This document shows, piece by piece, positions 40,566 through 50,878 of a stretch of 64,000 nt of DNA (its first letter is position 1; the number at the start of each line of letters is the position of its first letter). The notes under the pieces are model-generated. The model saw nothing but the letters and a program-made list of their open reading frames with translations. It was not told the origin of the DNA and made no database searches. The DNA is from Acidobacteriota bacterium. Its GTDB lineage: Bacteria > Acidobacteriota > UBA6911 > RPQK01 > JAJDTT01. The position numbers and the translations under genes are program-made. The stretch spans positions 4,544,001 through 4,608,000 of the forward strand of contig OZ242374.1 of assembly GCA_965209055.1 (NCBI GenBank). The letters are read 5' to 3'.

Positions 40566-42038
40566 GTGATTTCCAACACTTGCCAGGGCGCCGTTCAGGT
40601 CGGTTCCAGGCGGGAGTTTCTGAAGGCGTCCTCCTTCGGTTTCGGCTCCCTCGCTCTGGGCGGCCTCTTGGAGCGGGAGGGCCGGCTCCTGGCCTCCAAC
40701 GACGCCGGTGTCTCGCCCTTGGCTCCCAGGGAACCCCATTTTCCGGCCCAGGCCAGGAGCGTCATCTTCCTGTTCATGCAGGGCGGATTGAGCCAGGTGG
40801 ACAGCTTCGACCCCAAGCCGGCTCTGGCGCGGTACGACGGGCAACCGTTGCCTTCCAGTTTCCGCACCGATCTGGAGTTGGCCCAGATCAACCCCTATGA
40901 GTCCAAGCTCATGGCCAGCCGCCGCACCTTCAAGCAGAGGGGCCGGTCCGGCATCGAGATCTCGGATCTCTTCGAAGGGCTCGCCAGGCATGCGGACGAC
41001 ATGGCCGTCATCCGGTCCTGTTACCACGAGTCGTTCATCCACGGTCCCGCCCTCACCTACCTGCACACGGGAAGCCTGCAGTTGGGGAGTCCCAGCATGG
41101 GTTCCTGGATCCTTTACGGGCTGGGGAGCGAGACGGACAACCTCCCCTCCTACATCGTGATGACCGACAGCATCTTCCGGTCCAGCACTTCCAATTTCAG
41201 CACCGGCTTCCTTCCGGCCATCTACCAGGGGACGCTCATCAACACCGAGGGCCAGCCCTTTCAGAACCTGAAGCCCCCGTCCCGGATGGACCTGGACCGG
41301 CAGCGCGCCCTGCTCCAGCGGATCGAAGGCTGGAACCGGAGCCATCTCGAAACCCGTCCCGGAGACAGCCGCCTGGAGGCCAGAATCCGAAACTACGAGC
41401 TGGCGTTCCGAATGCAGATGGCGGCGCCCGAACTCATCGATCTTTCCGGGGAACCGGAGCACGTGAAGCGGATGTACGGCCTGGATCGGGATCAGACCCG
41501 CAAGTTCGGCCGCATGTGCCTGCTGGCGCGGCGAATGGTGGAGAGAGGCGTCCGCTTCGTGCATCTTTACAGCGGCGGTTGGGACGCTCACGGCGAGTGC
41601 GACAAGAACCACATGAAGAACTCGTGGAAGACGGACCAGCCCATGGCCGCTCTGCTGGAAGACCTCAAACAGCGGGGCCTGCTGGAGAGCACTCTGGTCA
41701 TCTCCACGGGCGAGTTCGGCCGAACTCCGGTCATGCAGGGCAAGGAGGGGCGCGACCACAATCCCTTCGGTTTCAGCGCCTGGATGGCGGGAGGCGGTGT
41801 TCGCGGCGGCCAGGCCATCGGCGCTACCGACGATCTGGGTTTCGTGGCCGTGGAAGACAAGATGCACGTCAACGACCTCCATGCCTCCATGCTGGGATTG
41901 ATGGGCCTGGACCACCGCCGCCTGACCTACTTCTTCCAGGGGCTGGACCGGCGCCTCAGTGGAGTCGGCGAAGCAGGCGAGGCCGGCGAGGACCTGTACC
42001 GGAAGCTGACTGGGAGGTCCATTGGCCATTCGTCCTGA
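40566..42038 (+). CDS. DUF1501 domain protein with Tat signal
   Basis: SRREFLK, VIFLFMQGG.SQVDSFDPKP, YELAFRMQ, CLLARRMVERGVRFV, GEFGRTP, GRDHNP. Confidence 0.92.
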   Translation: MISNTCQGAVQVGSRREFLKASSFGFGSLALGGLLEREGRLLASNDAGVSPLAPREPHFPAQARSVIFLFMQGGLSQVDSFDPKPALARYDGQPLPSSFRTDLELAQINPYESKLMASRRTFKQRGRSGIEISDLFEGLARHADDMAVIRSCYHESFIHGPALTYLHTGSLQLGSPSMGSWILYGLGSETDNLPSYIVMTDSIFRSSTSNFSTGFLPAIYQGTLINTEGQPFQNLKPPSRMDLDRQRALLQRIEGWNRSHLETRPGDSRLEARIRNYELAFRMQMAAPELIDLSGEPEHVKRMYGLDRDQTRKFGRMCLLARRMVERGVRFVHLYSGGWDAHGECDKNHMKNSWKTDQPMAALLEDLKQRGLLESTLVISTGEFGRTPVMQGKEGRDHNPFGFSAWMAGGGVRGGQAIGATDDLGFVAVEDKMHVNDLHASMLGLMGLDHRRLTYFFQGLDRRLSGVGEAGEAGEDLYRKLTGRSIGHSS

Positions 42039-42558
42039 GAAGGCTTGGCGGGCGATCGCCTTCCTGAGCCTGATCTCCGCCACAGCCGCGGGTCCCCTGC
42101 CCCAAAGCGGCGCTCCCTTCGTCGGCAAGGTCCGATTGCCGGTGAATCTTCGAACCGCTGAGGGGACCGTTCTGGCGAAGGGGCCCTTCGACGTGGAGGT
42201 GCGGTCAGAGGACGGCAGCATCTGGCTGCGCTTCCTCTCCCCATCGGCCGGGCCGGTCTCTCTCCAGGGTGTGCCCGTGGACCCGAAGGATTGGACCGCC
42301 GCCGCCGGATGGCCCCTGGCGGGAACCGTGCATCTTCACCCCGTGTCCATCCCCATCGGCACCGATGCCGAGCGCCACAAGAGCAGGACCGGCATGCCCC
42401 AATACCTGGAAACGCCGCGAGTCTGGAACGCCACGCTTCGCCTGTACCGTAGCGAGGACCCGGCCGGAGCGGTTTCGGTCCTCTTCCACGAGAACCATCC
42501 CGGCGGCCCGATCCGGGCTCGGTTCAAGCTGTATGCCGCCGCCGATGGGAAACCCTGA
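42022..42558 (+). CDS. Hypothetical secreted protein
   Basis: Signal-peptide-like N-terminus, co-oriented and overlapping the DUF1501 stop; start uncertain. Confidence 0.5.
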   Translation: MAIRPEKAWRAIAFLSLISATAAGPLPQSGAPFVGKVRLPVNLRTAEGTVLAKGPFDVEVRSEDGSIWLRFLSPSAGPVSLQGVPVDPKDWTAAAGWPLAGTVHLHPVSIPIGTDAERHKSRTGMPQYLETPRVWNATLRLYRSEDPAGAVSVLFHENHPGGPIRARFKLYAAADGKP

Positions 42559-42571
42559 GGAGTATTCCCCT

Positions 42572-44053
42572 TTGAGATTTCGATTCATACGCCCGTTCCT
42601 CGTCCTGATCCTGATCTCGCTTCCCGCCCTCGAAGGCGGCCGGCACGACCAGACGGTTCACTCCGAAGTCCGGGATGTCGACTCCCGGCTGGAGCTCTTT
42701 GTCGACGACTACCTCATCGACTCTCTCGACGGTCTGGAACTCAAGCTCCACACCCCGCGGCGCGCCGGAAAGGTCATGGTCTTCGACCGGCCCTGGGAGG
42801 GAGTGACCAGTGGAAGCACGGCCGTCGTCTTCCAGGACGGCGACCTCTTCCGCATGTACTACCGGGGCAGCAGTCACGCCGGGTACGTCTTGGAGTCGCT
42901 CCTGGAACCGGGTGAGGAGGTGATCCCCGAACACCCCTACACCGCGTGCTACGCCGAGAGTCGAGATGGGATCCACTGGTCCCGGCCCTCGTTGGGGCTA
43001 TACGAGTACGAAGGATCCAGGGACAACAACATCGTCTGGAGGGGAAAAGGCACGGGGGCCTTTCTTCCCTTCAAGGACTCGAACCCAAACGCCCCCGCGT
43101 CCGAACTCTACAAAGCCGTGGGGCCGGACAGCCGGAAGCTGTACGCCTTCATATCGCCGGATGGGATCCACTGGAAGGAAATGAGAGAGGACCCCATCAT
43201 CACCGACGGTGCATTTGACTCTCCCAATCTGGCCTTCTGGGACGAGGTCCACGGGCGCTACGTTGCGGTCTACCGGGATTTCCAGCTCGGCGTCCGAACC
43301 ATCAAGATCGCCACCTCCACCGACTTCAGGAACTGGACGCCGGGCAAGTTTGGAGATTTCGGGGACGCGCCGGCCGAGCACCTCTACACCAACGCGACCC
43401 GGCCATATTTCCGGGCGCCCCACATCTACTTGGCCTTTCCCCGGCGTTTCCACCCCTGGAAGACACGTGTTCCCTTCGATCAAGCACGCTCCGGCGGTTG
43501 TTCCGACGCCATCTTCATGTCCAGCCGCGACGCGATCCAATGGAACCGCCAATTGGATGCGTTCATTCGTCCGGGGACCGAGATACGCAACTGGTCCCAT
43601 CGCTCCAACACCCCCGCCTGGGGCCTGCTGGCCACGGCGCCGGATGAGATCTCCCTGTTCGTCCAGCGCCACTACACGTTCCCCACCAACTACCTGGAAC
43701 GGATGGTGATCCGGACCGACGGATTCATGTCGGTCCATGCCGGCTCGTCGGAAGGCGAACTGATCACCCGGCCGCTGACCTTCACGGGCGAGAACCTCGT
43801 GTTGAACTTCGCAACCTCGGCGGCGTGGAGCATCCGGCTGGAGATCCAGGACGCCGGGGGACAGCCGCTGGCCGGATTCGCCCTGGAGGAGTCTCCGCTG
43901 ATCTGGGGGGACGAGATCGAGCACACGGTGCGGTGGAAACGGAGTCACGCCCGGGCGGGCACGTCCAAGCCCCTGGCGCGAATCTCGGGGAAACCGGTGC
44001 GCTTGCGTTTCGTGATGAAGGACGCGGACCTCTACTCGATACGGTTCCGCTGA
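42572..44053 (+). CDS. Secreted GH32/GH130-like five-bladed propeller hypothetical protein
   Basis: RLELFVDDYLI, DRPWEG, YAESRDGIHWSRP.LG, FDS.N..FWD, RTDGFMSV.A, DADLYS; TTG start after GAGGAG. Confidence 0.7.
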   Translation: MRFRFIRPFLVLILISLPALEGGRHDQTVHSEVRDVDSRLELFVDDYLIDSLDGLELKLHTPRRAGKVMVFDRPWEGVTSGSTAVVFQDGDLFRMYYRGSSHAGYVLESLLEPGEEVIPEHPYTACYAESRDGIHWSRPSLGLYEYEGSRDNNIVWRGKGTGAFLPFKDSNPNAPASELYKAVGPDSRKLYAFISPDGIHWKEMREDPIITDGAFDSPNLAFWDEVHGRYVAVYRDFQLGVRTIKIATSTDFRNWTPGKFGDFGDAPAEHLYTNATRPYFRAPHIYLAFPRRFHPWKTRVPFDQARSGGCSDAIFMSSRDAIQWNRQLDAFIRPGTEIRNWSHRSNTPAWGLLATAPDEISLFVQRHYTFPTNYLERMVIRTDGFMSVHAGSSEGELITRPLTFTGENLVLNFATSAAWSIRLEIQDAGGQPLAGFALEESPLIWGDEIEHTVRWKRSHARAGTSKPLARISGKPVRLRFVMKDADLYSIRFR

Positions 44054-44136
44054 CCGGCCGGAATCAGGATTTCGCCGCTATTTTGAACAGGCGCCGGACT
44101 TCCGTGCCATCTCGGAGGCATCCAGAATCTTCTGAT

Positions 44137-44796
44137 TTGACATTCTTTGGGTCAGGTAGCGGCGGCGACAGGTCTCCGACCCACTCTCACCGCCGAACCA
44201 CATCGAGTGACAACCCGCGCTTCTTCCCCACCCCGGCCGATCTGCGCGCCTGGTTCGTGGAGCACCACGACACCGCCGCCGAGTTGTGGGTCGGCTACTA
44301 CAAGAAGGCCACCGGACTGCCCAGCATCACCTGGCCCGAGTCGGTGGACGAAGCGCTCTGCTTCGGCTGGATCGATGGAATCAGGAAGTCCGTCGACGAC
44401 GAGAGCTACAAGATACGTTTCACCCCGCGCAGGAAGAGCAGCCGCTGGAGCGCCCGCAACCTCGGCCGCATGAAGGACCTGATCGAGGCGGGGCTGGTCA
44501 CCGGAGCGGGGTTGGCCGCCTACCGGGCCCGCGACCCCGAGAACGAGAAGCGTGCGGCGCACGAACAGGGCGAAGTCAGCCTGCCGCCCGCGTATGAGCG
44601 GCAGCTCAGGGCCGTGCCCGCTGCGTGGAAGTACTGGGACGAGGAACGGCCCTGGTACCGCAGGCAGGTCACTTGGTGGGTGGTGAGCGCGAAACGCGAA
44701 GAAACCCGCCTGCGCCGCCTGGCGATTCTGATCGATTCCTGCGCCAGGGGCGACGTGGTCCCGCCGATGCGCGCGGCGGCGCGGAGGAGGAAATAG
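44137..44796 (+). CDS. YdeI/OmpD-associated (bacteriocin-protection) family protein
   Basis: F......RAWF..HH, LWVGYYKK, SITW.ESVDEALCFGWIDG, RFTPR, SAKREETR.RRL; start uncertain. Confidence 0.85.
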   Translation: MTFFGSGSGGDRSPTHSHRRTTSSDNPRFFPTPADLRAWFVEHHDTAAELWVGYYKKATGLPSITWPESVDEALCFGWIDGIRKSVDDESYKIRFTPRRKSSRWSARNLGRMKDLIEAGLVTGAGLAAYRARDPENEKRAAHEQGEVSLPPAYERQLRAVPAAWKYWDEERPWYRRQVTWWVVSAKREETRLRRLAILIDSCARGDVVPPMRAAARRRK

Positions 44797-44968
44797 CCGA
44801 CTCTTGCCCGTGCGGATCCGGTCCACGGCTTCTCAGGGGGCGGGCGCTTTCCGGGGCCGGTGCGGGTCGCTTGGAGCCCCCCATCCTCCCGCCAGCCAAC
44901 GCTCCGACGCCACCGCCCTCTGTCGCTCGCGCGCGCTGGTTGAACCCGAAGATGAACCGGGATTTCGG

Positions 44969-46048
44969 CTAGCCGCCCAACCACTCCCGATGGAGGTCCA
45001 GGGCTTCGTCCAGAGCTTCGAAAGGCTTGTAGACGACTCTCATCCGGAAGCTGTAACGACGGCCCTCCTGCGGGTTCGGAACCACCGCCTGATAGTCCCA
45101 TGCGGGGCTGCCGACTCCACCGCCGCCGGCGTTGAAGGCGGGGCGGATCTCCAGCTCGTCCGAAGGGCGGAACAGGTAGGCCAGCAACATGCCGTGGACC
45201 TTGCCGGCCATCAGCGGCTCCACGTAGCGAACCGAGCCGAAACTGTAAAGCAGTCGCCTTCCCTGGCCCCGGAACGCGTCACCGACCGGACCCCGCTCGG
45301 CCTGGATCGCTCCCGATTCATACAGATCCAGGGCGTCGAAGATGCCGTGCCAGGCCGGGGCCTCGAAGCTGGACCGCCGGCCCCAGAGGTAGTAGCCCGG
45401 ATTTCGGGGCGCCTGGATGTAGCTGGCCCAGAACACGCCCAGATACCGGGTCCGTATCTTGTCCAGCCGTGTCGGTGTGAAGGCGTGCTCCACGTCCAGG
45501 AACCACGGTTTTACCAACTTGAACGTGGTCTCCACATGGACTCCCCATCGCTCGCCGGGTTCGATCTGGAGCCAGGCCTCCTGCCCGGAGATCCGCTTCA
45601 GGCTCGATGGTTGAGCCCGGAAGTTCTCCAGGTCGCTCCAGCGGGGTTCGAAGGTGCCCTCGGTCCCGTCGAAGAAGAACTCGCAGTTCAGACCCGAAGC
45701 GACCGGAAGAAAGGGGTGTGGAGAACCTCCGGAACTGAAACGCGCGATCCCGTTGTAGCCATTGTGTCGCCTCTCGAAGGGAACCGCGACGATCAGGCGT
45801 CCCAGTCCGCCGGCCACATGGGCAACCGAAGCCCGGCTGTGTTTCTGTTCCTCGCCGGCCAGTCCGTCGTGGTTGTCCACCACCAGGGCCTCCAGCTCCC
45901 CCGCCCTCAGCGCGAGACGGTGCGGACCCGGCGGTGGTTCGGAGGTCGCCTTCCGCGGGCCGGCGGCGACTGCCGTTACGCCGCCCAACGCGGCCAGTCC
46001 CATCCACTGACGGCGGGAGTAGGATGGATCTCCGGGTTCGTTTCCCAT
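44969..46048 (-). CDS. Hypothetical Tat-exported protein
   Basis: SRRQW twin-Arg signal; H.GYNGI, GLN.EFFFDG, FWASYI, PAWDYQ; GGAGG RBS. Confidence 0.65.
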   Translation of the reverse strand: MGNEPGDPSYSRRQWMGLAALGGVTAVAAGPRKATSEPPPGPHRLALRAGELEALVVDNHDGLAGEEQKHSRASVAHVAGGLGRLIVAVPFERRHNGYNGIARFSSGGSPHPFLPVASGLNCEFFFDGTEGTFEPRWSDLENFRAQPSSLKRISGQEAWLQIEPGERWGVHVETTFKLVKPWFLDVEHAFTPTRLDKIRTRYLGVFWASYIQAPRNPGYYLWGRRSSFEAPAWHGIFDALDLYESGAIQAERGPVGDAFRGQGRRLLYSFGSVRYVEPLMAGKVHGMLLAYLFRPSDELEIRPAFNAGGGGVGSPAWDYQAVVPNPQEGRRYSFRMRVVYKPFEALDEALDLHREWLGG

Positions 46049-46072
46049 CGTCCGCCTCCTATCCGGAACTTC

Positions 46073-46723
46073 TCATCGGGCCGCCACTTCCCTTTCGGAT
46101 TTCGGCGGCTCCATGAAGTCGGACCAGATGCTGTCCAGGCGTTTCTCGAATACGGTGAATGCATTGGCCCGAAAGAGGCGCCAGTCACCCCGGTCCAGTT
46201 CCGAATCCAACTGTCCCGGGGCCCAGCCTGAATGTCCGACGAAGAGGCGGAGCTGGTGGGAACCCCTCTCCTCTTCCAAAAGACGTTCCAGTGTGGTCTT
46301 GTCGCCTCCGAAATAGACGTCCCCCATTACATTGGTCGTCTGCTCCAGAGGTTCCTCGCTCCGGATCAGAAACATGAGCGTATCCATACCCACCGGACCG
46401 CCGTAGTAGAGGCGGGCTTTTCCTCCCGGTTTCTCGAGTTGAGGCAGGACTTCCTCCAGGGAGACGTCGGTCGCCCGGTTGACGATCACACCGAGCGTAC
46501 CGGACGGACCGTGGGCCACGAGCAGGACCACGGTGCGGCGAAACCGGGGGTCGAGCATCCCCTGCTTGGCCACCAGAAACACCCCCTTGCCCGGCTGGAC
46601 CGCCTGAAAGGGAATGCGGGGCCGCGGCTTGGGAATGGACCCGGCTTGGATCCCGACGCTCTGGCAGACCTGGAACAGAATGCCCAAGGCCAAGCAATGC
46701 TTCATGTTCCGGGTGACCCGCAT
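46073..46723 (-). CDS. YqgE/AlgH (DUF179) family protein
   Basis: FLVA...MLDPRF.RTVVLL..H, GVIVNR, GGPV, GHSGW.PGQL..EL..GDW. Confidence 0.88.
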   Translation of the reverse strand: MRVTRNMKHCLALGILFQVCQSVGIQAGSIPKPRPRIPFQAVQPGKGVFLVAKQGMLDPRFRRTVVLLVAHGPSGTLGVIVNRATDVSLEEVLPQLEKPGGKARLYYGGPVGMDTLMFLIRSEEPLEQTTNVMGDVYFGGDKTTLERLLEEERGSHQLRLFVGHSGWAPGQLDSELDRGDWRLFRANAFTVFEKRLDSIWSDFMEPPKSEREVAAR

Positions 46724-46740
46724 GGTTGCCGCCCAGTCTA

Positions 46741-48132
46741 CTACGACGGCGGGACCCGAGAAAGAAGCGATTGCCCGACGAAGGTGCCCTCCGGTTTGAG
46801 CATCAGCCAGAACAGAGCGGCCACCACGTAGACGCCGCAGAACACCCACAAGACGGGGGTCCAGTTATCGCCCGACGGACCCAGGAGCAGCGGGACGACG
46901 ACGGGAAATGTTGACGCTCCCAGGTTTCCGGCCATGTTCATGGTGCCGAAGATGGTCGCCACGTTGTTTCCGCCCATGGCAATGGTCAGCGAATTGACGA
47001 TAGGGCTGACGAAAGCGGCGAAGAAGCCACCGATCCCGATGAGAGAGACGGCAAGCAACGGATTGTGAACCAGACATCCGGACACCGTGAGCAGCACGCC
47101 GACCATGAGGCAGCCCAAGGCCATCCCCTTCCGGGCCATTGCCACGTTCCCGCTCCTGGAGTAGATCCAATCGGAGACGACGCCGCCCAACGGTCCTCCG
47201 AATAGAATCGCGATCAGGGGAACACTCGTCAGCAGTCCCGACTCGGCCACCGAGACACCCCGTGACTCCTGCAGATAGGTGGGAAACCAACTGGCGTAGA
47301 AGATGTACCCGGCGGCCCGGAAGTACTGCTGTCCGCATATGGCCCACATGGCCGGGCTCGCGGCCAGATGTTTCCACGGCGTCTTGACCGGCCGGCTCCG
47401 GTCCGGTTCTTCGTCCGGGTCCCCCTGCGAATCCTGCGCCGCCTTGGTTTCGGACAGTAGCAATTCCAATTCCCCGGGCGTAACGGAGGCGTGGTCCCGC
47501 GGGCGGTCCCGAAACCAGCGATAGAACAGGAGCGCCCAGACTCCCCCGGGGAGCGCGTAGAGGACGAAGAGCCAACGCCAGGTGAAGCCCCACTCCAGGA
47601 GGATCCCGGTCAGGAAGGCGACGAGGATGGCTCCGATCTGCATCCCGGCGCCGAGAGAGCCGCTCGAAACGGCCAACCGGTTCACCGGCATCCATCTCGA
47701 CAGCACGACCGCGGAACAGGGGAAGATGCCCGCCTGGGCCGCGCCGGAGAACATGCGGGGAACCAGCAACCAGAGGTAGGCCGCCAGAATCGCTCCACCC
47801 GGACCGGCCAGCCAGAGAGCCAACGCCGTACCCGCCACCGCCGAAGCCACGGTGCAGACCGACCAGACCACCGAGTAGAAAGGGAGGGTCCGCCGTGCGC
47901 CCCATCGATCTCCGAGCCAGCCGGCAGGCACCTGGAATCCGGCGTAGACCCAGAAGAAGCCGCTCAGGATCCACCCCATCTGCTCCTTGCTCAGACCTAG
48001 GTCGGTCCGGATGGTGCTCTCGGCCACCGAGAGGTAGTTGCGTTGGATGTAGGCGATGGCGGCCGCCACGCAGAGCCAGACCAGGACGGAGTAGCGGACC
48101 CGGCTCCGGGGAGGGGACGGGGTAGCGGTCAG
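46741..48132 (-). CDS. MFS transporter (ACS-like)
   Basis: RY.VL..L....IAYIQR, P.GWLGDRWGARR, WFRDRP..H, WFPTYL, GTMNMAGNLG; probable CTG start at 48132. Confidence 0.88.
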   Translation of the reverse strand: MTATPSPPRSRVRYSVLVWLCVAAAIAYIQRNYLSVAESTIRTDLGLSKEQMGWILSGFFWVYAGFQVPAGWLGDRWGARRTLPFYSVVWSVCTVASAVAGTALALWLAGPGGAILAAYLWLLVPRMFSGAAQAGIFPCSAVVLSRWMPVNRLAVSSGSLGAGMQIGAILVAFLTGILLEWGFTWRWLFVLYALPGGVWALLFYRWFRDRPRDHASVTPGELELLLSETKAAQDSQGDPDEEPDRSRPVKTPWKHLAASPAMWAICGQQYFRAAGYIFYASWFPTYLQESRGVSVAESGLLTSVPLIAILFGGPLGGVVSDWIYSRSGNVAMARKGMALGCLMVGVLLTVSGCLVHNPLLAVSLIGIGGFFAAFVSPIVNSLTIAMGGNNVATIFGTMNMAGNLGASTFPVVVPLLLGPSGDNWTPVLWVFCGVYVVAALFWLMLKPEGTFVGQSLLSRVPPS

Positions 48133-48161
48133 GGAGAACCTCCGGAGCTATTGCGAGCGCA

Positions 48162-49841
48162 CTACTGGAGAGATGCGGTCTTGTTCAGGCTGTCCGCCCC
48201 AGACGGCGCGCGCACCTGAAATACCTGGCCGGCGCTGACCTCCTGGTCGCTGATCTTGTCGTGGACCTTCACGTTCAGGTGGTACCGGCCGGGCTTCAGT
48301 TGCCGGATGGGAAGGCTCTTGACCAGGACCATGCGCTGGCCCGAGAAGTACTGGATCGACGCTCCCGTCTCGTCCACTTCTTCCATGAGGACCTTCTTAC
48401 CCTTGGAGATGCGGTAGCTGGCCTCAATGGACGGGACCAGAGTGGCCTGGTCGGCGTTCACGTTGTAGACCTGAAGATAGACGGCCAGGGGCGCCGAGGC
48501 GGCGAATTTGTGATCCAGGACGGGACGCACCTTCACGTTTCCCAGGACGAACATCTCGTCCTTTTCCATGTCCTCCAGTTGCCGAACCAGGTCCGTGAGG
48601 ATCAGGGAACTTGCTTTCAGGTTCTCGCCGCCAAAGGCCGGAGGGACGATGGCCGTCCGGCTGACTCCCACCTTGCCGCTGCGCAGGTCCTTGACCACCA
48701 GGTCCAGGCGGTAACGCAGCTTGCGGTCCAGGACCAGGATCTTCTGGTAGGTGGACCGGCCCTGTTTCCGGTTCTGGGCGGCGTAGGCCTCCGGAAGGTA
48801 GGTCTGCACCAGGTCGTAGTCGAACTCGTCCACGATCTCCCTGGTCATGCTGGTGACAGCGCCGTAGACCCCCACCTTGGCCACGTAACTTTGATTCTTT
48901 TCCAGCTTGTACGACAGTTCGTCGTTGTCGAGTTCCACCGTGACCGGCACCACCACCCGATCGTCGCCCAGCTTGAAGTAGTCGCGCCGGACCCGGAAGG
49001 GGAGCGACTCGTAGCCGATGGAAACATCCACGAGCCCTTTCAGATCGCCGTACTTGATGGGCTTCGGCGCCTTGATCCTGACGTAGCGCTCGTAGCGCTC
49101 GAACACGTCGTCCTGGGCCCGGGTGGCCATGTAAGGGAAGCTGTCCCGCATGCCCGGGGAGAAGAAGGGGCGGTCCTTCTTCTCGGCCAGGCCCATCTCC
49201 TCGGCCAGGGTCAGGCCGCCGCCTGGAAGATAGAGCAGCGCGTCCTTCTCATTGTGGTCCAGGCTGAGCCGGTACTCTCCACTCAGAGAAGCGTCCACGA
49301 ACTCCAGTTCGATCTCCTGTCCCAGACCCTCGATATAGCGGTAGCGCCAGGTTTCGAAGGGATAGGTGGAGGTCACCCCTCCCCCCTCGTGCATGGGCCG
49401 GGCGTAGAAGCCGCCTCCGGCACGGGAAGTGATCTGGTCCGGCGGCCCATGAATGATGTAGACCCGGCCCCGATCGGTCATCCAGCCCGGCTTTCCGCTG
49501 GGAAAGCGCTCGTTGGCATAGGCGATGCGCCGGTAATGCTCTTCCTTGTATTCGTTGATGGCGGTTCTCAGGTCCGGGTCGCGCCGGCGCCAGAACTGCT
49601 CGATGAACTGCTCCTTCTCCTCCATGGTGCCCAGGCCGTTGAACACGGCCAGCTCTTCATCGGTGATGATGTAGACGACATCCTCCTTGAGCCATTTCTT
49701 GTAGTAGTCCTGCTGCTCTTCCTGGAGGACGGCCTTGTCGTCCCGCTTCTTCTCCTTGGCCTGGACCGGGAGCAGAGCCAGAAACAAGGCAAGCAGAACG
49801 AACCTGATCTGCATGGGAGGACTTGCGAAGGTTCCAGACAT
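48162..49841 (-). CDS. GWxTD domain-containing protein
   Basis: YKKWLKEDVVYII, FIEQFWRRRDP, EEHYRRIAYANERF, GWMTDRGRVYIIHGPPD. Confidence 0.92.
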   Translation of the reverse strand: MSGTFASPPMQIRFVLLALFLALLPVQAKEKKRDDKAVLQEEQQDYYKKWLKEDVVYIITDEELAVFNGLGTMEEKEQFIEQFWRRRDPDLRTAINEYKEEHYRRIAYANERFPSGKPGWMTDRGRVYIIHGPPDQITSRAGGGFYARPMHEGGGVTSTYPFETWRYRYIEGLGQEIELEFVDASLSGEYRLSLDHNEKDALLYLPGGGLTLAEEMGLAEKKDRPFFSPGMRDSFPYMATRAQDDVFERYERYVRIKAPKPIKYGDLKGLVDVSIGYESLPFRVRRDYFKLGDDRVVVPVTVELDNDELSYKLEKNQSYVAKVGVYGAVTSMTREIVDEFDYDLVQTYLPEAYAAQNRKQGRSTYQKILVLDRKLRYRLDLVVKDLRSGKVGVSRTAIVPPAFGGENLKASSLILTDLVRQLEDMEKDEMFVLGNVKVRPVLDHKFAASAPLAVYLQVYNVNADQATLVPSIEASYRISKGKKVLMEEVDETGASIQYFSGQRMVLVKSLPIRQLKPGRYHLNVKVHDKISDQEVSAGQVFQVRAPSGADSLNKTASLQ

Positions 49842-49982
49842 GAGCACCTCGGAGATCCCGACCGGGTTAGACAGCCGACCCCATCCATTATACCCGCTGC
49901 TCCGTTCGGTACAACAAACGGGGCCGTCCGCTGGCGCCGGATCGCCTGGATGACGGCGGGTGGAACGGACCATGGGAGCGGA

Positions 49983-50354
49983 TCAGCGTCCGTCCTTGCG
50001 ATAGAACGGCTGGTAGAGCTGTACCCGCACGCCGCCGGGCATCTTGAAATAGGTCACGAGTCCGAAGCCCTGGTCGGTCACATCGCCGTCAAACTCCACG
50101 CCCCGGTGCGCCAGATCCTCCACGGTGGCCCGGATGTCGTCACAGTAGAAGGAGATGGCGTGGGTCCCGGCCGGACTGCCGTGCTTGCCCGTAGGGTCGG
50201 TGGGATGCACGCCCATGTCCGCCTCCGGCAGGTCGAAGATGAGCCAGCCCCCGCCGGTGTCGGTGTAGGAGTCGAAACCCAGAGTGTCGCGGAGGAATTC
50301 CCGCAACGCTTCCGGCTCCGACGAGTAGAACATGGTATGGACGCCCTTGATCAT
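49983..50354 (-). CDS. VOC/glyoxalase family protein
   Basis: MIKGVH..FYS, D.GGGWLIF.LP, FYCDDI.ATV, DQGFG, PGG..QLYQP. Confidence 0.85.
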   Translation of the reverse strand: MIKGVHTMFYSSEPEALREFLRDTLGFDSYTDTGGGWLIFDLPEADMGVHPTDPTGKHGSPAGTHAISFYCDDIRATVEDLAHRGVEFDGDVTDQGFGLVTYFKMPGGVRVQLYQPFYRKDGR

Positions 50355-50542
50355 GGTGTCGCTCCTTGCCCCCAGCGGGAATCGCCCGATCATCATATCA
50401 AGCCCAGACCCTTCAACCTTCGAGATGTCTCTATGCCGGTGGTCGACGTTAATGGATCCGGTAAAAAAGGAATGCGATCTGACAACCGTGTGCTACGCTG
50501 AGGGTGTCATCACGAAGGAGCATGCAATCGAGGTGTGAACCC

Positions 50543-50878
50543 ATGTTGACTCTTCATCCAGAAGAACAAACCTGGCTGGAAAAGTACCGGAAGGCCCTTA
50601 AAGAAAGGCACCGTGGCGCGGTGTTGCGCATGGTCATATACGGCTCCAAGGCACGCGGAGATGCCCACCAGGACAGCGATATCGACGTGCTCATCATCGT
50701 CAAGAACGAAGCGAACGGCCTCAAGCGCCCGCTACGGCGAATCGGTTACGATCTGGCTGCGACCTCTTGGGCAGTGCCCTCGATCATGGCTTACACGCAG
50801 GCCGAGTGGGAACGGCTGGCAACCCTCCAGTCAACATTCAGAGAAGCCGTCGAACGCGACGGGGTCCCCGTCCTGTGA
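50543..50878 (+). CDS. MNT minimal nucleotidyltransferase (antitoxin)
   Basis: IYGSKARGDAHQDSDIDVLI motif, 111 aa. Confidence 0.9.
   Translation: MLTLHPEEQTWLEKYRKALKERHRGAVLRMVIYGSKARGDAHQDSDIDVLIIVKNEANGLKRPLRRIGYDLAATSWAVPSIMAYTQAEWERLATLQSTFREAVERDGVPVL

Noticed and set aside
37773-42038. PSD1/DUF1553 + DUF1501 pair as a novel system
   Set aside because: A well-known, highly expanded gene pair in Planctomycetota, Acidobacteriota and Verrucomicrobiota; uncharacterised but not unusual here.
44800-44825. SEC-C-like CPCGSG peptide in an alternate frame
   Set aside because: It lacks the following KxxKxC residues and lies in a shadow ORF between convergent genes; probably chance.
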